Source of the DNA: Candidatus Omnitrophota bacterium
GTDB taxonomy: Bacteria > Omnitrophota > Gorgyraeia > Gygaellales > Profunditerraquicolaceae
Assembly (NCBI GenBank): GCA_023818655.1
Contig: JAMWCI010000001.1
Span: forward strand, 1-45,677
Length of the DNA stretch: 45,677 bases
Direction: 5' to 3'
Each line of letters starts with the position of its first letter. The first letter of the stretch is position 1. Of this stretch, positions 33,364-41,798 are shown one piece after another. The notes below the pieces were generated by a model. The model did no database searches. It saw only the letters and a program-made list of their open reading frames with translations, and was not told the origin of the DNA. Both the position numbers and the translations under genes were made by a program.

Positions 33364-34618
33364 TAAACCTCCGTAAAATTAAAGAAGAGTGAATCCCGGA
33401 GAAGCCGCTTGAAGTCTTCATCAGACAATTTATCCGCTTCTGGCGGGCTACATTAGGTATATAATCCAAATCGCACTGAGGGTCTTTCTCCTCCTGATTT
33501 ATTGTAGGAGGAAGAAAATTCTTTTCAAACATCATCGCATTGACGGTTAACTCCACGGCATTAGCTGCTGCCAGAGGATGACCAATCATAGATTTTAAGG
33601 AACTAATCGGCACCTTATAGGCATAATCGCCAAAAACTGTTTTGTAGGCAGCGGTCTCAAAGATATCGTTCATCCGGGTAGAAGAGCCATGCGCGCCGAT
33701 GTAATCAATCTCCTGTGGTTTAATCCCGGCGTCTTTTAAAGCCAAAACAATACAATTAGCCATAGCCGTGCCATCCGCCGGTAAATCCGTCATATGAAAT
33801 GCGTTGCAGCTCGTACCAAAACCGACCACCTCGCAATATATATGCGCATTTCTTTTTAAGGCGTGGTTTAATTCTTCTAAAATCAAAATTCCAGCCCCCT
33901 CCCCCAAGACAAAACCGTCGCGCCTATTATCAAATGGCCGCGAGGCTTTCTCAGGTGTATCATTGCGAGTAGATAAGACGCTGATCACGTCGAATGCGCC
34001 AAAGGTAATTGGCGTAATCGGAGCTTCTGCCGCCCCGCAAATCATAATCTCCTGTTCTCCGTCTTGAATGGTTTCTAAGGCAAAACCCACAGAGTCGGTT
34101 CCGGCGGTGCAACCGGTAGATAAAGTATTGCAGATTCCTTTTAGACCATATTTAGACGAGATTTCAATAGAGGGGGTATTAAACATCGCCGCATCATAAA
34201 GGTCAGGCCTGACCTTGGCAGGGTCAATAGGTTCTTTTCCGTCATTGGTCACTAAGGCAAACTCCTCTTCCATATATTTTGTGCCGCAGATGGCATTGGC
34301 TAAACAAACCCCTATCCGCCTAGGGTCTTCTTTGCTAAAATCCAAGCCGCTATCTTTAATCGCCATTTCTCCGGCAACTAATCCGAACTGCACATAGCGG
34401 TCCATCCGCATTACTTCCTGGTGAGTGAGACCCCATTGAAAAGGGTCAAAATCGCGCACCTCTGCGGCAATCTTGGTCTGAAAGATAGAGACATCAAATC
34501 CCTCTACTCGTTTTACTGCCGATACTCCGCCAACCATTGCCTTCCAGCAATTTTCTTTGCCAATACCATTAGGGGAAATCACCCCAATACCCGTAATCAC
34601 CACCCTGCGTTTATTCAT
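33356..34618 (-). CDS. Type II polyketide ketosynthase alpha subunit
   Basis: The catalytic triad is intact: Cys170 in LSTGCTAGTDSVG (codon TGC at 34111-34109), His310 in GAHGSSTRMND, and His347 in KSMIGHPLAA. The STGCT.G.D.VG and HGS.T..ND contexts are of the KS-alpha type rather than the FabF type. Confidence 0.85.
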   Translation of the reverse strand: MNKRRVVITGIGVISPNGIGKENCWKAMVGGVSAVKRVEGFDVSIFQTKIAAEVRDFDPFQWGLTHQEVMRMDRYVQFGLVAGEMAIKDSGLDFSKEDPRRIGVCLANAICGTKYMEEEFALVTNDGKEPIDPAKVRPDLYDAAMFNTPSIEISSKYGLKGICNTLSTGCTAGTDSVGFALETIQDGEQEIMICGAAEAPITPITFGAFDVISVLSTRNDTPEKASRPFDNRRDGFVLGEGAGILILEELNHALKRNAHIYCEVVGFGTSCNAFHMTDLPADGTAMANCIVLALKDAGIKPQEIDYIGAHGSSTRMNDIFETAAYKTVFGDYAYKVPISSLKSMIGHPLAAANAVELTVNAMMFEKNFLPPTINQEEKDPQCDLDYIPNVARQKRINCLMKTSSGFSGIHSSLILRRFNG

Positions 34619-36216
34619 TCTTCTATCCGCGTTAGTTTAAAGACTACCTTTCCGCCATCTGGACACGTTACTGTATCAATAGAATTTTGATTAGGCATAA
34701 AGAAAAATTTTGCGCCGAAATTCAAGGCAAAGAGAGCGGGAAAGGCGCAGTGGAAAGCTGCTCCGCAAAACCCCGGGATGCACTTTAAACCCTCGGTCCC
34801 CCATTTATCCCCGACTTTGTAGCCGAAGTGGCAAGTTCCGTCAGACCTCACTACCTCAATAAGCATTTTCTTCGGCTTAGGCCCTTTGTAATTTGGGTCT
34901 TTAGGGCTAAACTGCGCTTTGCCTTTATTGTCCAGAACCTCCACCTTAAACTCTAATTTTCCTCCGTCAGGACAGGTAACTTTTAAGGTCTGCTGGTTTT
35001 CCATAAAGGGAAACTTCGCCCCGAAACTTAAGGCGTAGGCTGCCGGAAACACTGCATGCGCAAGACCCAGACAGAAATATTTGGGCGGATGAGTAAAATC
35101 TTCTAAGATCAGCTCATCTCCGACTTTATATCCATGATAACAATGCCCTCCGACATTAACTACGCTGAGTTTAAGGCGCGGAAAAGGAGAATCAATCACC
35201 TTATTCTCAACAATCTCCGCCAGTCCATTAATTTCCCGAAAAAACTCTTCCCTGCTGAAAAACTTCCTATTCTTTTCAACCTCATGCACCATCTCCACCA
35301 TTTTTTTATTGAGCGGCGCATCCAATCCGTATTTCTCAGCTAACCGCACAAACTCTCCGTTAAGATAATCTATCTCCGAAGGTCTGCCTCTTTTTATGCT
35401 TTGCAATACCGAACCGTAGAGCGGCTCTTTACTCAATGTAGTCATGATGCCGGAGTATATCCCTGCTGACTGCACAGCAGGCAAAGAAACCAGTTTAGTC
35501 AGACGCTCAAGGGGAAAATCCGGCAAAGAAACCAGTTTAATTCCTCCTTTGTTAACAATCTCCCAACCCTCTTTCCATATCTGCATAGCCACGCAGGATA
35601 CATTAATATCGCTAAAGGCCTTCTGGATGCTAACACCTAAGATGGCAGGGATACAGTTATTGGCATTTATAAAGAGCTTAAGGTATTTCATCCCCTGGAT
35701 ATCGTCGGCAAGCCTAACATTAAAAGCCACGCTTAACGTTGCGAATAACTGCTTGAGCGTATCGTCGTTCTTCCCAAATGCGCTTCCGATAATCCACGGC
35801 CCTTCAAAGTTATGCGCAATCCTGCCTGGTTCAAGGCGGGTGGCGCCGAACATTACAATACTGGAGACGATATTTTCCTTTGGCGCATATTTAGCCACCA
35901 GTTCTTCGCTGGCTACACCGTTCTGGATAGTCAGGATTATCGCATCTTTAATATATGCCTGATTACTCTTTAACGCCTCTTCTATATCTTGGGTTTTGGT
36001 AGCTAGAATAATAAGGTCTGGTTTATAAGAGAGCTTTTCCGAGATGGGTATCTTTATATTATGCTGGCCCTTTGCTCCGGAAATATGCAGGCCGTTTTCT
36101 TCCACCGCCTTTACGCTGTCAGCATGAGCAACTAAAGATACATCTTGACCTTTTAGCTTTAAATAACCGGCTACCAAACCTCCGATTGCTCCTGCGCCAA
36201 TTACCGTAATCTTCAT
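34615..36216 (-). CDS. Ketopantoate-reductase (ApbA/PanE)-like NAD(P) oxidoreductase fused to two tandem small Cys/His-rich domains (TIGR04076-like)
   Basis: Residues 1 to about 310 begin MKITVIGAGAIGG (Rossmann) and show the KPR pattern (LATKTQD .. QNG .. EIDYLNGEFVRLAEKYGLDAP). Residues about 347-427 and 451-531 are two copies of one roughly 80-aa module (C.HGYKVGD ... FC..A.H..FPA..AL.FGAKF.FM.NQ....VTCPDGGK..FK). Confidence 0.75.
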   Translation of the reverse strand: MKITVIGAGAIGGLVAGYLKLKGQDVSLVAHADSVKAVEENGLHISGAKGQHNIKIPISEKLSYKPDLIILATKTQDIEEALKSNQAYIKDAIILTIQNGVASEELVAKYAPKENIVSSIVMFGATRLEPGRIAHNFEGPWIIGSAFGKNDDTLKQLFATLSVAFNVRLADDIQGMKYLKLFINANNCIPAILGVSIQKAFSDINVSCVAMQIWKEGWEIVNKGGIKLVSLPDFPLERLTKLVSLPAVQSAGIYSGIMTTLSKEPLYGSVLQSIKRGRPSEIDYLNGEFVRLAEKYGLDAPLNKKMVEMVHEVEKNRKFFSREEFFREINGLAEIVENKVIDSPFPRLKLSVVNVGGHCYHGYKVGDELILEDFTHPPKYFCLGLAHAVFPAAYALSFGAKFPFMENQQTLKVTCPDGGKLEFKVEVLDNKGKAQFSPKDPNYKGPKPKKMLIEVVRSDGTCHFGYKVGDKWGTEGLKCIPGFCGAAFHCAFPALFALNFGAKFFFMPNQNSIDTVTCPDGGKVVFKLTRIEE

Positions 36217-36491
36217 CTGTGTATTTCCTGTTTTGTCTTGGGAAAACCGTATTTTTTGTAGTCAAAGCCGGTCTGCTCCAATAGACGCACCATCATGCTG
36301 TAAAAAGGCGAAGGCACATCCGCAAAAAACGCGCCTATTACATCCTCCTCTTCAATTTTCGGCGAGCCCCTTTTTAAAGCCAGTTCTTCTGCCTTCTTAA
36401 TCACTATCTCCTCTGTTATGCGACGGTGAAAGAGGGGGATTTTGGAAATAAAGATTTTGAATTTATCCTGCACCGTTCTTTCCCATTCCAT
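36213..36491 (-). CDS. Small PCP-reductase-like (BchB/ChlB C-terminal-like) domain protein
   Basis: 92 aa. The pattern WERTVQDKFKIFISKIPLFHRRITEEIVIKKAEELALKRG resembles the W..eA...l.kiP.FvR......e..A...G pattern of that domain. It is the first gene after the promoter and is ATGA-coupled to the next gene. This assignment is tentative. Confidence 0.5.
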   Translation of the reverse strand: MEWERTVQDKFKIFISKIPLFHRRITEEIVIKKAEELALKRGSPKIEEEDVIGAFFADVPSPFYSMMVRLLEQTGFDYKKYGFPKTKQEIHR

Positions 36492-36537
36492 GCTATAATT
36501 TCCTAATATAATAAAATTTTACTATTAAAATTTTTAT

Positions 36538-36566
36538 ATCTTACATAAAAAATACGTTCCTGTCAA
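36538..36566 (-). promoter_or_regulatory. Strong sigma-70-type promoter of the PKS operon
   Basis: On the minus strand: TTGACA (36566-36561), an exact 17 nt, TAAGAT (36543-36538). It lies in a very AT-rich 97-bp gap immediately after the padR stop. The predicted TSS falls inside an AAAATTTTA-CTAT-TAAAATTTT inverted/direct repeat (36512-36534). Confidence 0.55.
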
Positions 36567-36588
36567 GCGCTTTTCTGAAAAAGTTCGT

Positions 36589-37107
36589 TTAGATTACGTT
36601 GATAAAGCGGGTTAAAAAATTAATCTCTGAATCAACCATCCGCAGGTTATGTTCTAGTATATAAATAAGACTCCTTGGGCTCTTGGTCTTTTTTAACTCT
36701 TCTATATTCTCTCTTAAATCCCGGGATAATTTTCTTAAAACCATAGTCCTTGCGCGTAACCTGCGTCTGGCTATCTGTGGCTTAATATAATTAAGAAAAT
36801 AGAGGCTTAAATCCAGGCTAAACTGCGGACGTTTAAAGTCCAGAAAACTTTTACTTAAAAGCTCCTCAAATCTCTCCTGCCCTCTCGCGGTCAGATAATA
36901 TACAAAACGCTCTGGCCGCTTCCCCTTTTTTCTGATTCGTTTGGCAATAAGACCCCTGCGTTCAAGAATCCTTAGGGGATAGTAAATGGATTTTAAATCC
37001 ACTCCCGCAAAGATAGAGAGTATCTCTTTTATCGTTTTCTTGATTTCATAGCCGTGCTTCTGGCTTTCCTTTAACAAACCCAAGAATAATAATTCGTATT
37101 CAATCAT
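36589..37107 (-). CDS. PadR-family transcriptional regulator
   Basis: It has a winged-helix pattern ([23 protein letters not shown] .. [14 protein letters not shown]) and a helical C-terminal extension. It is ATGA-coupled to accA. Confidence 0.8.
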   Translation of the reverse strand: MIEYELLFLGLLKESQKHGYEIKKTIKEILSIFAGVDLKSIYYPLRILERRGLIAKRIRKKGKRPERFVYYLTARGQERFEELLSKSFLDFKRPQFSLDLSLYFLNYIKPQIARRRLRARTMVLRKLSRDLRENIEELKKTKSPRSLIYILEHNLRMVDSEINFLTRFINVI

Positions 37108-38045
37108 GCAAACACCCCAATAGCACGGAATTTTTTGTAGCGTGCCTTAAGCAGGGTCTCAGTCTCCAGTTTTTTTAATTCGCTGAGATTTTTCAGCAGG
37201 GAATCTTTTAAATTCTTAGCCATCATCTGCGGGTCGCGGTGTGCCCCGCCTAATGGCTCCGGTATTATCTCATCGATAATACCCATCCCCAACAGGTCCT
37301 GTGCGGTTAGCTTTAATACCTGGGCTGCCTCAGGAGCCCTTGAGCCATCCTTCCACAATATCGCTGCGCATCCTTCGGGTGAGATGACGGAATAATAGGC
37401 ATTTTCCAGTACGCAGACCCTGTCGGCAACACCTATCCCCAACGCACCTCCTGAACCGCCTTCGCCTATAACTGTAGCCACCATCGGCACTGCTATATTC
37501 ATCATCTCGCGCAGATTCTCGGCTATGGCCTGCGACTGACCACGCTCTTCCGCCCCTATTCCGGGATATGCGCCCGGCGTATCAATAAATAACAATACCG
37601 GCAGGCCTGACTGCTCAGCCAGACGCATAATCCTTAGGGCCTTACGGTAACCCTCGGGATGCGTGCAGCCAAAATTGCGTTTAAGGTTTTCCTTTGTGTC
37701 TCTTCCTTTCTGGTGTCCTATTACCGCTACCTTCTGACCTTCAAATTTTGCCAGGCCAGCTATTAATGCCTTGTCGTCGAAAAAAGCCCTGTCTCCGTGC
37801 AACTCCAAGAAATCAGTCATAAGCATATTGATGTAATCAAGGGTATAAGGACGCTGGGGATGGCGGGCAATCTGTACCTTCTGCCATGCCGTAAGGTTGG
37901 CATAGGTTTCTTTCTTTAGGGCTTCCAGTTTATCTTCCAGACGTTTAACCTCAGCAGAGATATTGATCTTCTTCTCGGAGAAATCCTTAAGCTCCTTGAT
38001 TTTCTTCTCCAGCTCTGCTATAGGTTTTTCAAATTCAAGGCTCAT
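37104..38045 (-). CDS. accA: Acetyl-CoA carboxylase carboxyltransferase alpha subunit
   Basis: 313 aa with [28 protein letters not shown] and [12 protein letters not shown]. Confidence 0.9.
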   Translation of the reverse strand: MSLEFEKPIAELEKKIKELKDFSEKKINISAEVKRLEDKLEALKKETYANLTAWQKVQIARHPQRPYTLDYINMLMTDFLELHGDRAFFDDKALIAGLAKFEGQKVAVIGHQKGRDTKENLKRNFGCTHPEGYRKALRIMRLAEQSGLPVLLFIDTPGAYPGIGAEERGQSQAIAENLREMMNIAVPMVATVIGEGGSGGALGIGVADRVCVLENAYYSVISPEGCAAILWKDGSRAPEAAQVLKLTAQDLLGMGIIDEIIPEPLGGAHRDPQMMAKNLKDSLLKNLSELKKLETETLLKARYKKFRAIGVFA

Positions 38046-38080
38046 CTTAGTTTGTAGTCAAACGCCTCATGATAGAAGAT

Positions 38081-38896
38081 TTAATCCAGGACGGTAACTT
38101 CCGTACCTATAGGAACTATGGTGTATAGTTCTTCAACGTCTGCGTTAGACATGCGCACGCAGCCAAGGGTCACCTGTTTTCCAAGGGATTGTGGCTCGGT
38201 GGTCCCGTGTATCCCGTATCCAGAAAGATTAAATCCCATCCAGCGGCTGCCCAGTATATTCTGCGGACTGTTCGGAGGAACGACTGTCCCAGCCTTAAAC
38301 CAAGTGGGATTAGGCAGCTTGTTGATTATATTAAAGGTGCCGACAGGGGTGGAGTTATTTTTACCCGTAGAAACGATGTATGTCTTCAATACCTCCTCGT
38401 TGGTCTTAAGCAAAAGGATATTTTGCGATTTATACACTACAATGCTAAAAGGCGCGGTCAAAACCTTGATTTTTCTTCCGGGGTTAATCTTTTCTGAAGT
38501 AATACCGTTGCTCTTCATAATCAACTCTACCGTCGTTTTAAATTCCTTGGCAATCTTGGCGAGCGTATCCCCTGGCTTTATTTCATAAAGGATGCTTCCA
38601 GGCGTAATGGTTGGAGAAAATAAAATCCTTATATTCAGCTCATCTATCTTCCTTTGCCAATTCATTACCGAAGAGGCATTCGGATATTCCTCTATCATCT
38701 TCTGATAAATATTTTTGGCTTCTATCAGATTACCCCCTGACTCCAGCTGGCGGGCATGCGCCAGCATCCTTGAGGCAGAAACTTTCCCGCCTGGCTTTAT
38801 CAATACGCGACGACCTACCTTTTTAAAGATAATTATTGCAGTCAGACTTACCAATACAAACAATATGATAAATAATATCGCTCTTCTCTTATTCAC
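38081..38896 (-). CDS. L,D-transpeptidase (YkuD fold) with a LysM domain
   Basis: It has a LysM motif (YEIKPGDTLAKIAKEFKTTVELIMKSNGI) and the YkuD catalytic motif (YGIHGT .. GCVRM). I call the GTG at 38896, which lies 5 nt after a GGAGG. The track start at 38926 is a TTG. Confidence 0.8.
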   Translation of the reverse strand: MNKRRAILFIILFVLVSLTAIIIFKKVGRRVLIKPGGKVSASRMLAHARQLESGGNLIEAKNIYQKMIEEYPNASSVMNWQRKIDELNIRILFSPTITPGSILYEIKPGDTLAKIAKEFKTTVELIMKSNGITSEKINPGRKIKVLTAPFSIVVYKSQNILLLKTNEEVLKTYIVSTGKNNSTPVGTFNIINKLPNPTWFKAGTVVPPNSPQNILGSRWMGFNLSGYGIHGTTEPQSLGKQVTLGCVRMSNADVEELYTIVPIGTEVTVLD

Positions 38897-38915
38897 CTTC
38901 TCCTCCTGAAATAAC

Positions 38916-39362
38916 CTAAACTGCAATTACGGCTATGACGATACCCAATAAAAATCCTGCGATTACCTCTATGGGCGTGTGTCCGATAAGCTCGCGCAGT
39001 CTCTTTTCTCCAATCCTCCCCTGCCAGTAAATATCTTCGGTAATCTTATTTAGGATACGCGCCTGTTTTCCCGCAGCGCGACGTACCCCTTGCGCATCAA
39101 ACATTACTACAAGCGCAAAAGTGGCAGTTAAAGCAAAATAGATGCTGTTAAAACCGTATTCTAAACCTGTAGCTGTCGCCAGACAAGATGCCCCCGCCAC
39201 GTGCGAAGAAGGCATTCCACCGGTTCCGACAAACCAGCGAAAGTCGAGTTTTTTCTGACGGATTATCCCAAGGATAACCTTGATGGTCTGGGCGATTAAC
39301 CAAGACGCCATAGTAACCATCAATACCTTGTTTCTTATTATCTGAAACAGTATTTCCTTCAT
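38916..39362 (-). CDS. Divergent PAP2 / DUF212-family membrane protein (acid phosphatase / haloperoxidase-related)
   Basis: 148 aa with GTGGMPSSHVA and ...FDAQGVRRAAG... Confidence 0.75.
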   Translation of the reverse strand: MKEILFQIIRNKVLMVTMASWLIAQTIKVILGIIRQKKLDFRWFVGTGGMPSSHVAGASCLATATGLEYGFNSIYFALTATFALVVMFDAQGVRRAAGKQARILNKITEDIYWQGRIGEKRLRELIGHTPIEVIAGFLLGIVIAVIAV

Positions 39363-39946
39363 TGTTTGTCCGCGGGGGCAGGAATAACATTAATCTTGAT
39401 TCGCGCCGGAAGGGTAGGTTGACCGTCTTTAATCAGAAAACCGCGGTTGCCTTGAAGAATCTCTTCTTGCTCTACTATATCTCTCATCGTCTCCATAACC
39501 TTGGGGGCTTGTTTTCTCACCTCTTGGACAGCTTTCTTAACTTCTTGAATGGAAAAGAGTTTCGCTTTTAAAAACTCGTTTTCAGCCTCAATCTCTTTTT
39601 CCTTTTCTAAAAGCTCCTCGTTTTCCGCTTTTAACAAGGATATTTTTGTCTTCATCTCTTTCGCTTCCTTGCGTACCATCTCGTATTTACTGAATAAACG
39701 GGAAAGCCTATCCATCCCCTTTCTTAAATATCTCTTCAGACTGAATATCTCCGTCCAGAGCATCTCTTTCTCTTTCTTCAGTGCGGTTGTCTCTTTTGCT
39801 AAAACCGCAATACGGCTGTTTGCCTGGCTAAGCTCGGCCTTTAAATCCTGTTTCTCTTTAAGTATGGCAATATATTTATACACACTAAAGGAAGCGATAG
39901 CCAGCAGGAAGAAAATGATTATATTCTTTACTATATCTTTATGCAT
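39359..39946 (-). CDS. Membrane-anchored coiled-coil protein (unknown function)
   Basis: It has an N-terminal TM helix (IIIFFLLAIASFSVYKYIAIL) followed by a long heptad-rich E/K segment. I recognise no family motif. Confidence 0.5.
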   Translation of the reverse strand: MHKDIVKNIIIFFLLAIASFSVYKYIAILKEKQDLKAELSQANSRIAVLAKETTALKKEKEMLWTEIFSLKRYLRKGMDRLSRLFSKYEMVRKEAKEMKTKISLLKAENEELLEKEKEIEAENEFLKAKLFSIQEVKKAVQEVRKQAPKVMETMRDIVEQEEILQGNRGFLIKDGQPTLPARIKINVIPAPADKQ

Positions 39947-39954
39947 AAATAATT

Positions 39955-39983
39955 ATTATATATAGCAGCAATATAAAAAGCAA
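39955..39983 (-). promoter_or_regulatory. Sigma-70-type promoter giving a near-leaderless transcript
   Basis: On the minus strand: TTGCTT (39983-39978), 17 nt, TATAAT (39960-39955), then 8 nt (AATTATTT) before the ATG at 39946. There is no SD. Confidence 0.4.
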
Positions 39984-40035
39984 GCATTTTCATAGTTTGC
40001 CAAAGCAGGGCTTTTATTGTTTTAACGTGCACCCC

Positions 40036-41562
40036 CTAAAACAATTCTCGGTCTAAACTTCTATACTGCACTGCTTCCGATATGTGTTCCGCGGTGATTA
40101 TCTCTGAGCCCGCCAAATCAGCAATTGTCCTGGCTACTTTTAAAATCCGCTCATAACTTCGTGCAGAAAAACCCAGCTCTTTGATTGCCATACCCATCAG
40201 ATTCTCTGCTTCGTTATTCAGTATACAGAATCTCTTAAGCATCTTTTGATTCATCCGGGAATTGAAAGATATGCCCGCCTCTTGGAATCTTTCCAGTTGC
40301 ATCTTCCTTGCCTTCTCTACTCTCTGGCGAATTGCAAATGATGGTTCTTCCTCTTTCTTTCCAATTAAGTGTTTATGCCTTAATTCTGGCACTTCAATAT
40401 GGATATCAATTCTATCTAGAAGCGGCCCAGAAATCTTATTTCTGTATTTTTGAACCTGAGACGTGCTACACCTACAGGCTTTAAAAGAAGATGTGTAGTA
40501 TCCGCAGTAGCAAGGATTCATGGCGCAAATGAGAAGAAAATTACTTAGAAAGGTGACGGTTCTATTTGCCCTAGCTACAGTTACTTTGCCATCTTCAAGA
40601 GGCTGTCTTAAGCTCTCTAATGCATCGCGATGAAACTCGGGTATCTCATCCAGAAACAATACTCCATTATGAGCAAGGCTGACTTCTCCGGGTCTAGGAT
40701 TTTGGCCGCCACCTACAAGAGCGATATCTGACGCAGTATGATGCACTGCCCTAAAAGCACGCGTTGTAATCAAGGGCGTCTCTTTGTTTAAAAGCCCTGC
40801 GATACTATAGATCTTGGTGACTTCCAAGATTTCCTTATCCGTCATCTCCGGCAAGATAGTAGGAAGCCTCTTTGCCAACATAGTTTTCCCTGCCCCGGGC
40901 GGACCAATCATCAGGACGTTGTGAAAACCGCTTGCCGCGATCTCTAAGGCCCTTTTAGCAAAATATTGGCCTTTAACCTCTGAGAAATCAACATCATATT
41001 CTTTTTTCTTTATCAAATCATTTATTTCCAATTTTAGCGGTTTCTTTTCCAAGAAATTGGACAGCAGATAAATAACCTCTCGGAGGCTCTCTACGGGATA
41101 GACATCAATCTCTTTTATTATTGCCGCCTCAGGGGCATTTTCTTTGGGTACTATTAGTTTCTTAATAAAAGAATCCCTCAGAGACAAGGCGATAGGTAAT
41201 ACCCCTTTAACCGGCCTTATCTTGCCATCCAGGGCTAATTCTCCCAAAAACACAAAATCTTTTAAAGTTTCCAGAGGGATCTGTTGGCTTGAAGCAAGAA
41301 TCCCCAAGGCAATGGCTAAATCAAAAGAAGAGCCTTCTTTTTTAATGTCTGCGGGGGCAAGATTCACGGTAATTCTTCCGACGGGGTATTCATAACCGCA
41401 GTTCTTTACTGCGCTTTTTACCCTGTCCCTGCTTTCCCTTACCGCGGCGTCAGGAAGTCCTACAACCGAAACAGTAGGCAACCCTTGCGCAACATCCAAT
41501 TCTACTTCCAACAAATAAGCCTCTGTACCAAAGGTTGAGGCAGAGTATAACTTAGAGAGCAT
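40036..41562 (-). CDS. comM: YifB/ComM-family Mg-chelatase-like AAA+ ATPase
   Basis: It has an N-terminal Lon-protease-like ChlI domain, Walker A (GPPGAGKT), Walker B (VLFLDE), and a C-terminal Mg-chelatase subunit ChlI-like tail. I call the ATG at 41562, which lies 8 nt after AGGAGG. The track start at 41571 is a GTG. Confidence 0.85.
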   Translation of the reverse strand: MLSKLYSASTFGTEAYLLEVELDVAQGLPTVSVVGLPDAAVRESRDRVKSAVKNCGYEYPVGRITVNLAPADIKKEGSSFDLAIALGILASSQQIPLETLKDFVFLGELALDGKIRPVKGVLPIALSLRDSFIKKLIVPKENAPEAAIIKEIDVYPVESLREVIYLLSNFLEKKPLKLEINDLIKKKEYDVDFSEVKGQYFAKRALEIAASGFHNVLMIGPPGAGKTMLAKRLPTILPEMTDKEILEVTKIYSIAGLLNKETPLITTRAFRAVHHTASDIALVGGGQNPRPGEVSLAHNGVLFLDEIPEFHRDALESLRQPLEDGKVTVARANRTVTFLSNFLLICAMNPCYCGYYTSSFKACRCSTSQVQKYRNKISGPLLDRIDIHIEVPELRHKHLIGKKEEEPSFAIRQRVEKARKMQLERFQEAGISFNSRMNQKMLKRFCILNNEAENLMGMAIKELGFSARSYERILKVARTIADLAGSEIITAEHISEAVQYRSLDRELF

Positions 41563-41798
41563 ACCTATCACCTCCTGCTTATAATAGATGTAAAGGATGA
41601 AAAAATCTAACGGGGATTTTTAAAAGGCTTTGCTGTGTTGGGATAATCGATTAGAAAAAATCGGGCGGATAGTTATTTATTAATTAGACAACCCCCTGTC
41701 GCTTATTTTGCGCCAAGATATTTAATAAGAGGGATTTCTGGATTAGGCTTTTATTTTTAGCAAATGCGTAGTGTTGTTACTGTTTGGGGAAATTGTCC

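Noticed and set aside
32134-34618. The KS pair as ordinary FabF/FabB fatty-acid synthase genes, or as an aryl-polyene (APE) cluster
   Set aside because: One subunit lacks all three catalytic residues, which is CLF-like behaviour. The active subunit has KS-alpha-type motif contexts. The neighbours are aromatic-polyketide cyclases (SRPBCC and Zn-cyclase family). FabZ-type dehydratases, enoyl reductase, LolA/MMPL-type export genes and the acyltransferases typical of FAS or APE loci are absent. A phylogeny is still needed to confirm this.
40036-41571. ComM/YifB as an indicator of an integrated mobile element or att site
   Set aside because: The gene is intact and full length with all ATPase motifs. 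No integrase, direct repeats or compositional break are visible on either side.
41572-41798. 227-bp gap upstream of comM as a riboswitch or leader
   Set aside because: I see only a tiny hairpin (CGATT-AGAAAA-AATCG) and a strong SD. No recognisable riboswitch core motifs are visible by eye.
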